A stretch of DNA of 64,000 nucleotides, from NCBI GenBank assembly GCA_965248535.1, contig CBDFJR010000005.1, forward strand, positions 1,536,001 through 1,600,000, given 5' to 3'. Both the position numbers and the translations under genes were made by a program. This document shows, in pieces, positions 62,520 through 64,000 of the stretch. The notes beneath the pieces are model-generated. The model was not told the DNA's origin. It made no database searches and saw only the letters and a program-made list of their open reading frames with translations. The first letter of the stretch is position 1. Each line of letters starts with the position of its first letter. This DNA is from Phormidesmis sp. (GTDB taxonomy: Bacteria > Cyanobacteriota > Cyanobacteriia > Leptolyngbyales > Leptolyngbyaceae).

Positions 62520-64000
62520 ATGGAACCGATTTATCAGTATGCCTGGCTAATTCCCGTCTTGCCCCTAGCAGGCGCGATGATTGTTGGTCTTGGGCTAATC
62601 TCATTTAACAAAGATACCAATCGTCTCCGACAGGCAAACTCTATTTTTATCGTGTCGCTTTTGGGTGCCGCGATGACCGCCTCGTTTGCCTTGTTTTGGA
62701 GCCAACTCCACGGGCATCAACCCTACACTCAGATGTTTGAGTGGGCATCAGCCGGAGATTTTCACTTATCAATGGGTTACGTCATTGATCCCCTGGCATC
62801 GCTAATGCTGGTGATCGTGACGACCGTAGCGTTTTTGGTCATGGTCTACACCGATGGCTATATGGCCCATGACCCAGGTTATGTTCGTTTCTATGCGTAT
62901 TTGAGCCTCTTCAGTTCCTCAATGCTAGGGTTGGTGATCAGTCCCAATCTGGTGCAGGTTTATATCTTTTGGGAACTGGTGGGGATGTGTTCTTATCTGC
63001 TGATTGGCTTCTGGTTTAACCGCAAAGCGGCAGCAGATGCCTGTCAGAAAGCATTTGTCACCAACCGAGTCGGCGACTTTGGGTTGCTGCTCGGCATTTT
63101 GGGTTTGTATTGGTCAACCCGCAGTTTTGACTTTGATGTGGTTGCCACACGGCTGCAAGGTTTGGTGGAGTCCGGGGCGATCCCTGGTGCGCTGGCAGCC
63201 TTGTTTGCCATCTTGGTCTTTTTAGGCCCCGTCGCAAAATCGGCGCAGTTTCCGCTCCACGTCTGGCTGCCGGATGCGATGGAAGGCCCGACCCCGATCT
63301 CGGCCCTGATTCACGCTGCAACGATGGTGGCCGCTGGAGTCTTTCTCATTGCTCGAATGTTCCCATGTTTGAAGGCATCCCGTCGTCAATGACGGTGATT
63401 GCCTGGACGGGGGCTTTTACGGCATTTTTGGGAGCCTCGATCGCCATTACCCAAAACGACATCAAGAAGGGCTTGGCCTACTCCACCATGTCTCAACTGG
63501 GCTACATGGTGATGGCGATGGGCGTGGGCGCTTATAGTGCAGGTCTGTTTCACCTGATGACGCACGCTTACTTCAAAGCCATGCTGTTTTTAGGGTCTGG
63601 CTCTGTGATCCACGGCATGGAAAGTGCGGTGGGTCATGATGCCGCCTACGCTCAAGACATGAGAATGATGGGTGGCTTGCGAAAGTATATGCCGATCACC
63701 TCTCTCACATTTTTAGTCGGAACCTTGGCGATTTCTGGAATTCCACCGTTTGCAGGCTTCTGGTCTAAAGACGAAATTTTAGGAGCTACTTTCGCCGCTA
63801 ACCCAGTGCTCTGGCTCGTGGGCTACTTAACGGCGGGGATCACAGCCTTCTATATGTTCCGAATGTATTTCACGACCTTTGAAGGCAAGTTTCGGGGCAA
63901 TGATGCTGCCGTTAAACAGACGATTCGCAATGAGCAACTTCAGGCGATCGGGCTAGCCTTCGGGCCGGGTGCGATGAACCCTAAAGAGCTAACGATGGAG
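62520..64000 (+). CDS. ndhF1: NAD(P)H-quinone oxidoreductase subunit 5 (NdhF1), partial; one base missing near 63363-63366
   Basis: [44 protein letters not shown]; continues out of frame as [13 protein letters not shown]...[20 protein letters not shown] to the window end. Confidence 0.93.

Noticed and set aside
1..64000. High density of GCGATCGC and the many short antisense or alternate-frame ORFs in the track
   Set aside because: HIP1 is a known genome-wide cyanobacterial feature, and the overlapping ORFs are shadows of well-supported genes.

Overview
64-kb chromosomal segment of a cyanobacterium, shown by abundant HIP1 GCGATCGC octamers and by psbB, psbT, psbM, psbO, ndhF1, sufA and the rbcR/pacR-type LysR gene. 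A filamentous Leptolyngbya-like lineage is an inference. Most of the window is housekeeping genes (glcD, xylB, panB, ispD, moaC, rsmD, codA, ilvN, mutS2, nadA, tRNA-Arg-ACG). It also holds several unusual modules: (i) a ~2280-aa phosphate-scavenging enzyme with four catalytic domains behind a Pho-box-like promoter; (ii) an accessory patch at 21.1-23.4 kb with a small basic-tailed protein beside a strictly phased degenerate 21-bp array, a nested REP element, a collapsed LRR-Roc-COR gene and a RAYT with its own terminal palindromes; (iii) sigF followed by a PilP-like lipoprotein; (iv) a membrane Ser/Thr kinase followed by three solute-binding proteins that share one N-terminal anchor motif and have no transporter genes beside them, a candidate split receptor-kinase system; (v) a Pap-like cluster (roadblock-like protein, ferredoxin, two phycobiliprotein-fold proteins lacking the bilin Cys, two V4R proteins, kinase) lying between pacR and Z-ISO/trxC/ndhF1 and interrupted by a toxin-antitoxin pair. 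Five otherwise intact genes carry small indel frameshifts, which suggests assembly errors. All family assignments come from motif recognition by eye; no database searches were run.
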